Origin: an uncultured Chloroflexia bacterium
GTDB lineage: Bacteria; Chloroflexota; Limnocylindria; Limnocylindrales; CSP1-4
Assembly: GCA_963720755.1 (NCBI GenBank)
Contig: CAVRGP010000011.1
Span: 832,001 to 896,000 of the forward strand
DNA: 64,000 bases
Reading direction: 5' to 3'
In this document: positions 18,401-26,994 of the stretch, piece after piece
Position numbering within the stretch: the stretch's first letter is position 1
Layout: each line of letters opens with the position of its first letter
Program-made: the position numbers and the translations under genes
Notes under the pieces: generated by a model
What the model was told of the DNA's origin: nothing
Databases searched by the model: none
The model's input: only the letters and a program-made list of their open reading frames with translations

Positions 18401-19377
18401 GACTCGTGATCAGCCGTCGCCTGGCCGAGTTGATGGGCGGCTCGCTGACCGCCGCGAGCGAAGGTTTGGAAGGCGGGGGCTCCACCTTCCGACTGCGGTT
18501 CCGAGCCCCCGCGGCCCCTTCTGACGCCCTCCCGGATGCGACTCCGGTGCTGTCCAGCGACCTGGTCGGCAAACAGGTGCTGGTCGTCGATGACAGTCCG
18601 ACCAATCGCCGCATCCTCGTCGCCCTGCTGCGCCGATGGGGGATGGTGGCGCGCGAATCCGGCTCACCGCGCGAGGCGCTCGACTGGGTCAGGGCAGGGG
18701 AGCGCTTCGACCTGGGACTCTTCGATTACGTCATGCCGGATATCGATGGTGCCACCCTGGCGGGACTCGTGCGGGAGGCGGCCCCGGACGGTGTCTTCCC
18801 CGTCGTGATCGTCACATCGGCGGGCCAACGGTGGGTCGACGACCCGGCCGTCGCGGCGTCGGTGACGAAGCCGGTCAAGCCTTCGCCACTGCTCGACACG
18901 ATCCAGACGGTGCTGGCGCCGTCGGGCGGTGATCCGGCCAGCCACGACACCATCGTGGACGCCGCAACGATCCTGGGGGAGCGGCATCCGCTGCGGATCC
19001 TGCTGGCCGAGGACAACGCGGTCAACCAGAAGCTGGCCGTCAGGCTCCTCCGCCAGATGGGCTACACGGCCGACATCGCCAACAACGGCCTCGAGGTTCT
19101 CGAGGCAGTCGAGCGGAGCGCCTACGATGTCGTCCTGATGGATGTCCAGATGCCCGAACTCGACGGTCTGGAGGCGACCCGGCGGATCCGCCAGCGGTCC
19201 GGGCGGGACGTTGGCCCGCGGATCGTGGCGATGACCGCGAATGCGATGGCCGGAGACCGGGAGGCATGCCTGGCAGCAGGGATGGACGACTACGTCAGTA
19301 AGCCGATCCATGTGGATGCGCTTGAGGCGGCGCTGCTCGCAACGACGCCGACTCGAGCCGGGACCCGCGATGCCTGA
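15421..19377 (+). CDS. Cytoplasmic hybrid histidine kinase (3 GAF, 2 PAS, HisKA, HATPase, 2 REC)
   Basis: Repeated WLGVP/YLGVP GAF motifs, VHPDD PAS, MSHEIRTPMN, NSVKFT, DTGIG, GTGLGL, two receiver domains. Confidence 0.95.
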   Translation: MSDEAEMTGLAAARARIAELEAEHAERDATARVNAALYRIAETSAGSGDLQAFYASIHAIVADLMYAENFYIALYDPERELINFPYFQDAVDPDIPDPSGWEPFGIGNGGGLTAFVLRTAQVQHVPVERLEQLVAAGEATSIGSDGTDWLGVPLQAEGQLLGALVVQTYRPDEVYSDADVDLLAFVGQHVATALSRKRAVEEIRRQNAELAVVSEIGAGLAAQLEYDAIIDLVGDRIREVFEASNMYIAMYEETRGEIHFPYDFVAGNRQPTFPPTAIGEGLTSVVIQSGRPLMVGTTADMDAMGAIDDGGVETESYLGVPMAVGDRVIGVIAIQDFEPNAYDEDDARLLSTLASSTAVALDNARLFDDVRRRAAELEIIGRVSDAMASQLELEALIELVGEQMREIFVADIVYVALLDEETGQIEFPYYNEDGRRLEETPMVLGEGLTSRILISRQPMLLNRDDQFEALGTRGVGTLAKSWLGVPILVGDRAIGVISVQSSTQEGRFGEREMALLTTLAASVGAAIQTARLFRERELSEQRSLRLVEELPLAVYTDNPDETSTSTYMSPIVEEMFGYPRDEWLREGFFASVVHPDDRERITGQIEDALEGSGQKASYEYRIIAADGRVVWVRDDVWIVRDDDGTALYAQGFMLDMTDQVLAAAEIRRQKQYFESLVEINPVAVVTMDRDEIVTGWNPAAVQLFGYEVDEAIGTHIDRLLFAEDDLDEGRATTLAAAETGRAQLIGRRSRKDGTPVDVEIILVPLVVDGEHAGYYAIYHDITELQAARSEADAANAAKGTFLASMSHEIRTPMNAIIGMSGLLVGTPLDPEQRDYAETIRASGEALLTIINDILDFSKIEAGRIELDEAPFGLGSCLEGALDVIAPAAAAKGIELAYSIDPDLPFALVGDAGRVRQIVLNLLSNSVKFTEQGEVVVTVTGRRLDRRRAGGRWQIDVEVADTGIGISPDRMDRLFQSFSQADASISRRYGGTGLGLVISRRLAELMGGSLTAASEGLEGGGSTFRLRFRAPAAPSDALPDATPVLSSDLVGKQVLVVDDSPTNRRILVALLRRWGMVARESGSPREALDWVRAGERFDLGLFDYVMPDIDGATLAGLVREAAPDGVFPVVIVTSAGQRWVDDPAVAASVTKPVKPSPLLDTIQTVLAPSGGDPASHDTIVDAATILGERHPLRILLAEDNAVNQKLAVRLLRQMGYTADIANNGLEVLEAVERSAYDVVLMDVQMPELDGLEATRRIRQRSGRDVGPRIVAMTANAMAGDREACLAAGMDDYVSKPIHVDALEAALLATTPTRAGTRDA

Positions 19378-19735
19378 GATCCTGGACCAGGACGCTCTGG
19401 ACGGACTCCTCGCAATGGTCGGCGACGATCCGGAATTCGTCGACGAGCTCGTGGACGCCTACCTCGACGACGCCCCGCGCCTCGTCGAGCAGATCCGCAC
19501 CGCGATATCGAGTGGCGTGGCCGCGGACGTCGTTCGCCCGGCCCACACGCTCAAGGGCAGCAGTGCGAGCATCGGCGCGCGCGAAGTCGAAGGCGTGAGC
19601 CGGACGATCGAGGAACGATCCCGGGCCGAGGTCATGGACGGGCTTGGAGCCCTCGCAGATGATCTCGACGCGGCGGTCCGCCGGCTCGTCGACGTCCTCG
19701 ACGCGGCACGAGCTCGACGATGGGCGGCCCCGTGA
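19370..19735 (+). CDS. Hpt phosphotransfer protein
   Basis: AHTLKGSSASIGA. Confidence 0.92.
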   Translation: MPEILDQDALDGLLAMVGDDPEFVDELVDAYLDDAPRLVEQIRTAISSGVAADVVRPAHTLKGSSASIGAREVEGVSRTIEERSRAEVMDGLGALADDLDAAVRRLVDVLDAARARRWAAP

Positions 19736-20511
19736 CCGTGTCGGGCGGCCGGATCCTCGTCGTCGAGGACAGCCAGGTGATCCGCATGACGTTGACCCGT
19801 GCACTCGAAGTCCGCGGACACTCGGTGTCGGCGGCGTCGGATGGCGTCGAGGCGATGGACGAGCTGCACGGCGGCCGGTTCGACGTCGTCCTGCTCGACA
19901 TCGAGATGCCACGCAAGGACGGCTTCGAGACCCTCGCCGAGATCAAGGCGGATGAACGCCTGAGGGAGATCCCGGTCATCGTGATCTCGGGGATCGAGGA
20001 CACGGCAAGCGTCGCGCGGTGCATCGAGATGGGGGCGCTCGATCACCTCCCGAAACCGTTCGAACCGGCCCTGCTTGATGCCCGCCTCGGAGCGGCACTG
20101 TCGGCCAAGCGGTTGCGCGACCTCGAACTCGAGTACCTCGAGCAGGTGCGCCAGGTCACCAGCGCCGCCGAGCATCTCGAGCGCGATGACTTCGATCCGG
20201 CGGTGCTCGGCGGCGTGGCCGAGCGTCAGGATGCCCTCGGCGTCCTGGCCAGGACGTTCACCCGGATGGCGGTCGAGATCCGAGCTCGCGAGGACGCGCT
20301 CCGGCGCCAGGTTCGCGAATTGACCATCGAGATCGACGAGGCGCGCCAGGCGCGAAAGGTGGCAGAGATCACCGACAGCGATTACTTCCGATCGTTGCGC
20401 GTTCGGGCCGCAGCCTTGAGGCAGGATGTGCACGGCGCACCCGTCGGCGACATCGAGGTCGAGCCAGGGGCGACCCGGGCCGTAGCATCGGATCCGCCGG
20501 CTGCCGACTGA
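19732..20511 (+). CDS. Response regulator: REC, HAMP-like segment and helical tail
   Basis: VVEDS, LLDIEMP, LPKPF; RQDALGVLARTFTRMA; LTIEIDEARQARKVAEITDSDYF. Confidence 0.88.
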   Translation: MTVSGGRILVVEDSQVIRMTLTRALEVRGHSVSAASDGVEAMDELHGGRFDVVLLDIEMPRKDGFETLAEIKADERLREIPVIVISGIEDTASVARCIEMGALDHLPKPFEPALLDARLGAALSAKRLRDLELEYLEQVRQVTSAAEHLERDDFDPAVLGGVAERQDALGVLARTFTRMAVEIRAREDALRRQVRELTIEIDEARQARKVAEITDSDYFRSLRVRAAALRQDVHGAPVGDIEVEPGATRAVASDPPAAD

Positions 20512-20564
20512 CGGGCCTTCGTCGACACCCCGTCGTTCGCTCCAGCCGGTACGCTAGCGCTCGC

Positions 20565-20651
20565 GCCGGAGTGGCGGAACTGGCAGACGCAGCGGACTTA
20601 AACTCCGCGGCCCGCAAGGGCGTTCGAGTTCGAATCTCGGCTCCGGCACCA
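20565..20651 (+). tRNA. tRNA-Leu(UAA)
   Basis: GCCGGAG/CTCCGGC acceptor stem plus ACCA, anticodon arm GCGGA-CTTAAAC-TCCGC, long variable arm, GTTCGAAT. Confidence 0.95.
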
Positions 20652-20741
20652 CCTTTGCAGCATAAGTTGCCTGGCGCCTGGGCCTGCTCGGCCGTCACGG
20701 CTATCGGCCGCCATACGTGACCGTCTCGAGCCCGGGAGTGC

Positions 20742-20772
20742 AGAAGAGGCCGCCCGTCTGGCGGCCTCTTCT
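20742..20772. terminator. Intrinsic terminator (possibly bidirectional)
   Basis: AGAAGAGGCCGCC-cgtct-GGCGGCCTCTTCT perfect 13-bp stem. Confidence 0.75.
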
Positions 20773-20788
20773 ACGCAGGTGCGCTCGG

Positions 20789-21976
20789 TCAGTGCGCGAA
20801 GAATTCCTTCATCGAGGTGACTTGGGCGTTGTCCGAGGCGTTACCGAGGTATGGAAGGTTCCAGTTCTCCTCGATCGTCCGGAGCAGCGAGTAGTGGTTG
20901 TACGGCGTGTCACTGGTGTAGTGACGCGCGCCGTGCCTCGCGATCACGATCGCCGGGATCTGCCCGCCTCCGTAGGTGCACTCTGTTGCGTCGCCAGGGC
21001 AGTCCAGGATCAATGGGTGAACCACACCGGCGCTGTCGGTGTAGGTGGCTGGATTGCCGTGCTTGTCCAAGAACTGATAGCCGTCCGGCAGGATCGGTGA
21101 ATCGCAGCAGCCGGCGGCGCTGTCCCACTGGCCGTTATCCGTGTTCGCTCCGTTGAAGTCGTTCTCGTCGGTCAGGACGAAGATCGCGCTGTTCCCGGTC
21201 CAGGCCTTCGAGGCCATGATCTGGGTGACGGCTGTCTTCACGAAGGCGTCAGCCTTCTGCTTGAGCGACGCGTCGTTGGCGTCGTCCTTCGCCGAACCGT
21301 ACGGGCATGGCGTCCCGTCGTTCGCGCCGAGCTGGACGTAGATCCCGCCGTGCATGTCATTGCACTGATTCGGGGTGATCCAGACAAAATCGGCGACCCG
21401 GTTGTGCTTGAGATCGGAAGCGAAGTCCGAGTACGGCTTGATCTTCGCTCGTCGCGCCGGGTTGTTGCGGATGTCGTCGAACAGGATGAACGGATTGTGC
21501 TTGCTGACGTAGAGCTCATTCGTGCCCGGCGCCTGGTCCCCAAGGTAGCCGGCTGACGGCATCGACTCCATGTAGGCCGCCCAGCTGTGATGGCTGGCCT
21601 CGAGCTGGTCGACGAGGTTCGTGTGATCGAACCGATGGGTCGGCTGGTCATCGTTGACGAACCAGTTGCTCCCACTGATCGCGGCGACGTAGTTCGGCAG
21701 ACTCGGGTGCGTGACGCCGTAGTAATTGGTCGCCAGGCCATACGTGTCCGCCAGCGAGTTGATGAACGGTGCGTTCTTGTTTCCGATGACCGTCGAGTAG
21801 GAATGGTTCTCGAGCATGATCACGAACACGTGCTTGAGCGCGCCGTTCTGACCGTGTCCGCTATCCGAACCCCGGCCCTCCGACGAGTGTCCTAACGTCG
21901 AGCCGACACTCGTGACGGCAATGAGCGCGAGCGCTGCGGCTGACGCGCCAAGCCGCATCCTGCGACTGATCCTCAT
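20789..21976 (-). CDS. Secreted phosphoesterase/acid phosphatase family protein
   Basis: Signal peptide, HVFVIMLENHS, HPSLPNY, KHNPF, NDMH, NHYSLLRTIE; strong SD GAGGAGGAGG. Confidence 0.92.
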   Translation of the reverse strand: MRISRRMRLGASAAALALIAVTSVGSTLGHSSEGRGSDSGHGQNGALKHVFVIMLENHSYSTVIGNKNAPFINSLADTYGLATNYYGVTHPSLPNYVAAISGSNWFVNDDQPTHRFDHTNLVDQLEASHHSWAAYMESMPSAGYLGDQAPGTNELYVSKHNPFILFDDIRNNPARRAKIKPYSDFASDLKHNRVADFVWITPNQCNDMHGGIYVQLGANDGTPCPYGSAKDDANDASLKQKADAFVKTAVTQIMASKAWTGNSAIFVLTDENDFNGANTDNGQWDSAAGCCDSPILPDGYQFLDKHGNPATYTDSAGVVHPLILDCPGDATECTYGGGQIPAIVIARHGARHYTSDTPYNHYSLLRTIEENWNLPYLGNASDNAQVTSMKEFFAH

Positions 21977-22453
21977 GAGACAGACCTCCTCCTCGTGACC
22001 TGAGCGATCGACCGGGTGCGTCGAACGGCGGGGCGCGGATGACGGTGGGTCCGGACGAGACGCGGAGGCGATCCGGTGCGCGACACCCGGCTCCCGGGGC
22101 ACTGGGCGACCCGGTCGTTCCCGGATGGTGCCATGGCCGAAGCGCGTCGGTTGGTCGATTCCGCAGAGTTCGCGACGATATGGGAGACGACCCGAGGTTC
22201 AACGCATATGACGTCGAAGGTTCCGGTGCGTTCGGGCACCGCTTTGCAGGGCGTCGGTCATCGTCACGAAACAGCGCATGTCCGTCGGCGACTTCCCGGG
22301 GTTCAGTGGACAGGGTTGACCGGCAACCCAGCGAATGGCCGTAGCCTCAGGTGTTGCCCGCTTGTCCTGAACACCTTGAGCGAGTTGACTCGGAGTCATA
22401 GCTGAGAGCGCGGCCGTGAAGGATCGCGGGTCGGTGCAACCTTCGGCTTCGGC

Positions 22454-22486
22454 GGCGTTCGAGTTCGAATCTCGGCTCCGGCACCA
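22454..22486 (+). repeat. 33-bp exact duplicate of the tRNA-Leu 3' end (attR-like)
   Basis: GGCGTTCGAGTTCGAATCTCGGCTCCGGCACCA = 20619-20651. Confidence 0.9.
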
Positions 22487-22521
22487 GATCGGCGACTGAT
22501 CGTGCCGACCTGACCAGCCAC

Positions 22522-22539
22522 AGGCGTCCGGGCCGACGA
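22522..22539 (+). repeat. Partial hairpin repeat, copy F
   Basis: AGGCGTCCGGGCCGACGA, identical to 9642-9659. Confidence 0.5.
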
Positions 22540-22658
22540 CTTCGTAACGTTCCGGTGACGAACGGATGTGACCATCGCAAAGATGACGGACGACGTTCCG
22601 TGGCTGGCGACGCGATGAAGCGACCAGCACGACTTTCAAGATATTCGAGACCGACGGT

Positions 22659-23885
22659 ATGACCCCGCATCGATTCGGCGTCGGGGTCGGATTCCTGTTC
22701 GGGCTGTGGATCGCACTCGTCCTGGGCGATGTGCTGTCACTCGCCTTCTACTTGCCCTATGCGATCGCGGGTGCCTGGCTCGCGGTCCGCCGTCCCGTCA
22801 ACCCGATCGGCTGGTGCCTGATCGCGATCGGATGGTCGGTTGCGATCGCGACCGTTCGCGTGACCTCGGATCCTGGATCGCTGGCGACCGGCGCGGCCCC
22901 GATGACCGAACGGGTGATCGCCTGGGGCGCCGGGTGGAGTTGGACCGCGGCGCAAGTGCTGATCCTCATCCTCACCCTGATCTTCCCGAGTGGTGACCTG
23001 CCGCGCCCCCACAGGACAGCGGCGCGGGCCCTGATCGCGATCGGGATCGCGTGCGTCTTCCTTTCGATGATCCAGCCGACGCTGGCCGTGGGCACCTCGA
23101 CCGGTGGCGACATCGCCATGCTGAATCCATTCGCGGTCGTGCCCGACGCTTGGCTTTGGACCGTCCTGCCATCGGATCAGGGCCTGTTCCTCGTGGCGGT
23201 CCTCCTGCTCCTGGTCGGGGTCGGGTCCCTCTTTTCACGAGCGCGCCGAGCCAGTGGACTGGAGCGGGTCCAATATCGCTGGCTCGTCGCGACGCTGATC
23301 CTCGGGGCGACGGGAACCGCGGCCGGGCTGGTCATCTCGTCGTCGATGGGGATGGCGGCCGGTGACCCGCGTGCCGCCGACGTCACGCTCCTGCTGGCGT
23401 GGCTGCCGGCGATGATCGGCATCGCTCTCGTGCCCGTAAGCATCGGTATCGCGGTCCTGCGCTATCGGCTGTACGAGATCGACCGGATCATCAGCCGGAC
23501 GATCGGGTGGGCGATCGTCACCGGTGTGCTGGTCGGCGCATTCGTCCTGCTGGTCCTCGGCCTGACGAACATGCTCCAGTCGCTGACCGGTGGGAACACC
23601 GTTGCGGTCGCCGGGTCGACCCTGGCCGTAGCGGCCCTGTTCGCGCCAGTCCGCTCGCGCGTCCAGCGGCTGGTCGATCGACGATTCGACCGTAGCCGGT
23701 ACGACGTCGAGCGGCTCCTGGCTGACTTCGGAGAACGCCTTCGCGACGAGGTCGATCTGTCGACGATCAGCCGGGATGCTCGAGCCACGGTCGACGCGGC
23801 GGTTCGGCCGACCAGTGTCGGGCTGTGGCTGCGCGGTGGAGCGCCCGATCCAACGGACCGGCCCGCGAACGTCAGGACACCCTGA
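22659..23885 (+). CDS. Multi-pass membrane protein resembling the N-terminal sensor region of histidine kinases, with no kinase domain
   Basis: RRPVNPIGW, LIFPSG, AVLRYRLYEID, VQRLVDRRFDRSRYD. Confidence 0.8.
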   Translation: MTPHRFGVGVGFLFGLWIALVLGDVLSLAFYLPYAIAGAWLAVRRPVNPIGWCLIAIGWSVAIATVRVTSDPGSLATGAAPMTERVIAWGAGWSWTAAQVLILILTLIFPSGDLPRPHRTAARALIAIGIACVFLSMIQPTLAVGTSTGGDIAMLNPFAVVPDAWLWTVLPSDQGLFLVAVLLLLVGVGSLFSRARRASGLERVQYRWLVATLILGATGTAAGLVISSSMGMAAGDPRAADVTLLLAWLPAMIGIALVPVSIGIAVLRYRLYEIDRIISRTIGWAIVTGVLVGAFVLLVLGLTNMLQSLTGGNTVAVAGSTLAVAALFAPVRSRVQRLVDRRFDRSRYDVERLLADFGERLRDEVDLSTISRDARATVDAAVRPTSVGLWLRGGAPDPTDRPANVRTP

Positions 23886-24063
23886 GTATCCGTCGGGCCA
23901 GCGTCGGACGACCGGCAGACAGCCGGATCGTCGCGGATGGTGCCCCGACGCACCTGATTGGTACGTTCGGGGGGTGTCACCACTACCCCGATCGGTGCCT
24001 CGGGTGCTAGCGTCCCAGTGAGTCAACGCCAGGGAGGTTGCCCAAGGGGTTCCCCCCGCCGGG

Positions 24064-25146
24064 GTGGCGGTCGACATCTTGGCGCCTGCGTGGTCGAAGG
24101 GGATCACGTGCCCGCCGATGAGCGAGGGACCGGGCTTGAACAACATGCGTGATCTCCTACGAGGCAGTCCACAGATCGATGAGGCAGAGTTGGAACTCCT
24201 CCGGGTTCGGTCGCTCAAGCGACTCGGGAGCTTGACGGACCCGGACGAGATCGGACTTGTTGGTGCCAGGCGGCGAGGCAACGAACCTACCCAGGACGCG
24301 GCCGGCGACTCCGGCAGTGCACCCAATGACACGGACGACTTTCTCGTGGCATTCATGGAAGCCAGGCGGACCGACGCGCACGCCCCCGGGGAGGTCGTCG
24401 AGATGATGGGACTGGATCAGATGATCGAACGGGACGGACCGATCCACGATCCGGCCCGGGCGACTGCAGGCGCCGCCGACGACTCGACTGTGGCCGCTTC
24501 AGTCACCAGGGGCGATGCGGCCAGGCAGGTCGTGCTGTTCCCGGTCGATGAGCCGTCCGATGCGCCTGCGGTCGAGGACCTCGTCGGGTCGGCATCCGAG
24601 TCGTCGCGACCGGATGGACTGGACGCTGATGCGTCCGCGACAGGTTCATCCGCAGCGCCGAACCCCGATGCGCTCGCCTATTGCCCGTATTGTGCGACGT
24701 CGCTGCAGCCGCCGCCCAAGGCAGATCGTCGATGCACGCGATGCCGTCAGCGGATCATCGTCAGGCAAGTCGGCGGCCGGACCGTGTACCTCGCCGAGGC
24801 GGCCCTGCCGGTCTTCGAGGCGGAACGCCGCCGGATCGCCGCCGACGAGGAGTGGACCCGGCAGCGCGATCACTGGCTCGATCTCGCCCGCCGGACCGGC
24901 GCGTCCGTCGATCGGGTCGCGCGAGCCTCTCAGGAGCCCCCGTCCGAGGGCAAGGTCGTCGCGGCCCGCACGCTGTACCTCGCGGCCGTCGATCGGTCGT
25001 TCAAGGCCGCCACAAAACGTGGTCGATGGCAGGAAGCGGCCAGGATCCGTTATGACGAGGCGTTGGTCCTGTTCGACTTCGTCGGAGCGTCAACCCCGGA
25101 GGCCGCGCCGCTGTCCCTAGCGACGGCGGCGGAAGAATCCGCCTGA
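24064..25146 (+). CDS. Hypothetical protein with a double Zn-ribbon (start uncertain)
   Basis: CPYC...CTRC followed by a helical region; low-complexity N-terminus. Confidence 0.55.
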   Translation: MAVDILAPAWSKGITCPPMSEGPGLNNMRDLLRGSPQIDEAELELLRVRSLKRLGSLTDPDEIGLVGARRRGNEPTQDAAGDSGSAPNDTDDFLVAFMEARRTDAHAPGEVVEMMGLDQMIERDGPIHDPARATAGAADDSTVAASVTRGDAARQVVLFPVDEPSDAPAVEDLVGSASESSRPDGLDADASATGSSAAPNPDALAYCPYCATSLQPPPKADRRCTRCRQRIIVRQVGGRTVYLAEAALPVFEAERRRIAADEEWTRQRDHWLDLARRTGASVDRVARASQEPPSEGKVVAARTLYLAAVDRSFKAATKRGRWQEAARIRYDEALVLFDFVGASTPEAAPLSLATAAEESA

Positions 25147-26337
25147 CTTCTGTTCTTCGGCGGGGCCACTGGCTGCGAGGCTCTCCTCCCCGAAGGCGAG
25201 CGCGCTGAGTCGAATGAGGCGTTCGGCCGCAAGGGACTTGGGGGCCCCGGTCACGATGGGCACCCCTTCGTTGACGGCCTTGAGATAGAGGAAGGCGTCG
25301 TAGGGCAGCTCGACAGCCGCTTTCGCGCCCAGGAAGCCTTCGACATCGCGCAACTTCAGGATGTCCCGGGCGAAGAGATAGTTCAGGGCGAAGATCGACT
25401 TGAGACCGAGGGCGCCGGACTCGCTGAGATATTCGAGCAGGGCCTGCATCACCTTGAGCGCCCCGATCTCTGGCGTGATCGGCAGGATCACAGCCTCCGC
25501 GGCTTCGAAGGTCGTGAGCGCCCGCTCGTCGAGGGTCGAGCCCCCGTCGATGACGATCATGTCGTAGGCCTCGAGCAACGTCGCCAGGATCTGGGCGATG
25601 TGGGCGGGAGAGATCGCCTCCGCGACTTCCGGTGCCGCCGGTGCAGCGAGCACGTGGAGGCCGCTGTCGTGACGGATCGCGTAGGCCCGCAGCAACTCCG
25701 GCTCACGCATGGCCGTTTCGTCGCGGACCACATCGGCCAGGGTTTGCTTTGGTTCCAGGTTCAGGAGCGTCGCAACACCGCCGAACTGGAGTGCGAGATC
25801 GACCAGGATCACCTTGTCGGGCCGCCTGGCGACTGCGGCCACCGCGATATTGGTGGCGATCGTGGTCGTCCCGACACCGCCCTTCGGGCTGAAGACGGCC
25901 ACGATTCGCCGGGCACGGTGCATCGTCACGCCATCGGTCGAGATGATCGGGGCCAGGTTCTTCGAGCGCTGGAACCGGAGCAGGAGCGCCTCGACCCTGG
26001 CCTCGAGTTCACGGGCGTCGAACCCGGGCGCGAGGACATCGTCCGCCCCTGCCTCGAGGAACGTGATCCGCTCTTCGACGTCATCTGTCACGCTGACACA
26101 CATGACCCCGACCGACGCCATCGCCGGCGTGGCGCGGATCTCCCGACAGATATCGATCGCGGAGCGCGTCCCGGCGGTCGTCCCGATGAGGACCAGCTGG
26201 TGTTCCGCGACCCGGGCGAAAGCTTCGTCCGGGTCCGATGTCACCGTGACGTTGTAGCCTGCCGTGCTGAGGATGGTCGACGTGGCGACCCGGATCTCCG
26301 GGTCGGATTCGAGGAACAGGATGGTGCTGGCGGGCAC
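25117..26337 (-). CDS. Receiver-like domain fused to a CpaE/MinD-type ATPase
   Basis: N-terminal REC fold; SPKGGVGTTT, LVDLALQFG, HDSGLHVLAAP, AVNEGVP. Confidence 0.88.
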   Translation of the reverse strand: MPASTILFLESDPEIRVATSTILSTAGYNVTVTSDPDEAFARVAEHQLVLIGTTAGTRSAIDICREIRATPAMASVGVMCVSVTDDVEERITFLEAGADDVLAPGFDARELEARVEALLLRFQRSKNLAPIISTDGVTMHRARRIVAVFSPKGGVGTTTIATNIAVAAVARRPDKVILVDLALQFGGVATLLNLEPKQTLADVVRDETAMREPELLRAYAIRHDSGLHVLAAPAAPEVAEAISPAHIAQILATLLEAYDMIVIDGGSTLDERALTTFEAAEAVILPITPEIGALKVMQALLEYLSESGALGLKSIFALNYLFARDILKLRDVEGFLGAKAAVELPYDAFLYLKAVNEGVPIVTGAPKSLAAERLIRLSALAFGEESLAASGPAEEQKSGGFFRRRR

Positions 26338-26463
26338 GGAGCCTCCGCGGTCACGGGTTTGTTGATTGGGGTCGAGCTGAGATCCATACCGCCCGATGTC
26401 GGCGGCCGGCCATGAGGATACAACGGACGTATGGGCGCGGTCGGCCGCTCGACGGCGGGGCCG

Positions 26464-26545
26464 TGCTAGACTCCCGCTCTGTCCTTTCCGCTCCGTGCCG
26501 GAGGTCCGTCAACGGGGCAACCCCTTTGGAAGGAGATTCGCGCGC
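26464..26545 (+). promoter_or_regulatory. rpsF promoter (TGn-TAGACT) and structured leader, candidate S6:S18-binding RNA
   Basis: TCCTTTCC can pair with the GGAAGGA SD; internal hairpins; known location for this leader class. Confidence 0.4.
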
Positions 26546-26980
26546 ATGCGCCGTTACGAACTCATGCTCGTCATCCGCCCAGATGTGGCCGATGACAAGA
26601 TCCAGGGCATCGTCGACCGGACGACCCGCCAGATCGTCACCGCCGGCGGCCAGATCGTGAAGGTCGCCCCGTGGGGTCGCCGAAGACTGGCCTACCCGAT
26701 CGATCGACACCGCGATGGCTCGTACCAGATCATCCTGTTCGAGGCACCATCGGACACGATCATCGACCTCGAGCACTCCCTCCTCATCACCGAGGAGGTG
26801 CTCCGTCACCTCATCACCCGGGTGGAAAGGCCGGCGAGATCGAATCGTGCGGATGGCTCGGACGGAGACGCCGCTGATGGCGACGACCTCCCTTCCGGCC
26901 TCGACGACGAGGACGATCTCGATCAACCTGAATTCATCGACGAATCCGAGAGCGATGCGGCTCCGGCCGCGATCGACTGA
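26546..26980 (+). CDS. rpsF: 30S ribosomal protein S6 with acidic tail
   Basis: MRRYELMLVIRP, WGRRRLAYPI, VLRHLI. Confidence 0.95.
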   Translation: MRRYELMLVIRPDVADDKIQGIVDRTTRQIVTAGGQIVKVAPWGRRRLAYPIDRHRDGSYQIILFEAPSDTIIDLEHSLLITEEVLRHLITRVERPARSNRADGSDGDAADGDDLPSGLDDEDDLDQPEFIDESESDAAPAAID

Positions 26981-26994
26981 CGGGAGGCCCTCGC

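Noticed and set aside
22400-22486. Second tRNA-Leu
   Set aside because: Only the last 33 nt match; there is no D-arm or anticodon arm.
23890-24062. Possible riboswitch upstream of the Zn-ribbon gene
   Set aside because: Hairpins are present, but I recognise no riboswitch consensus.
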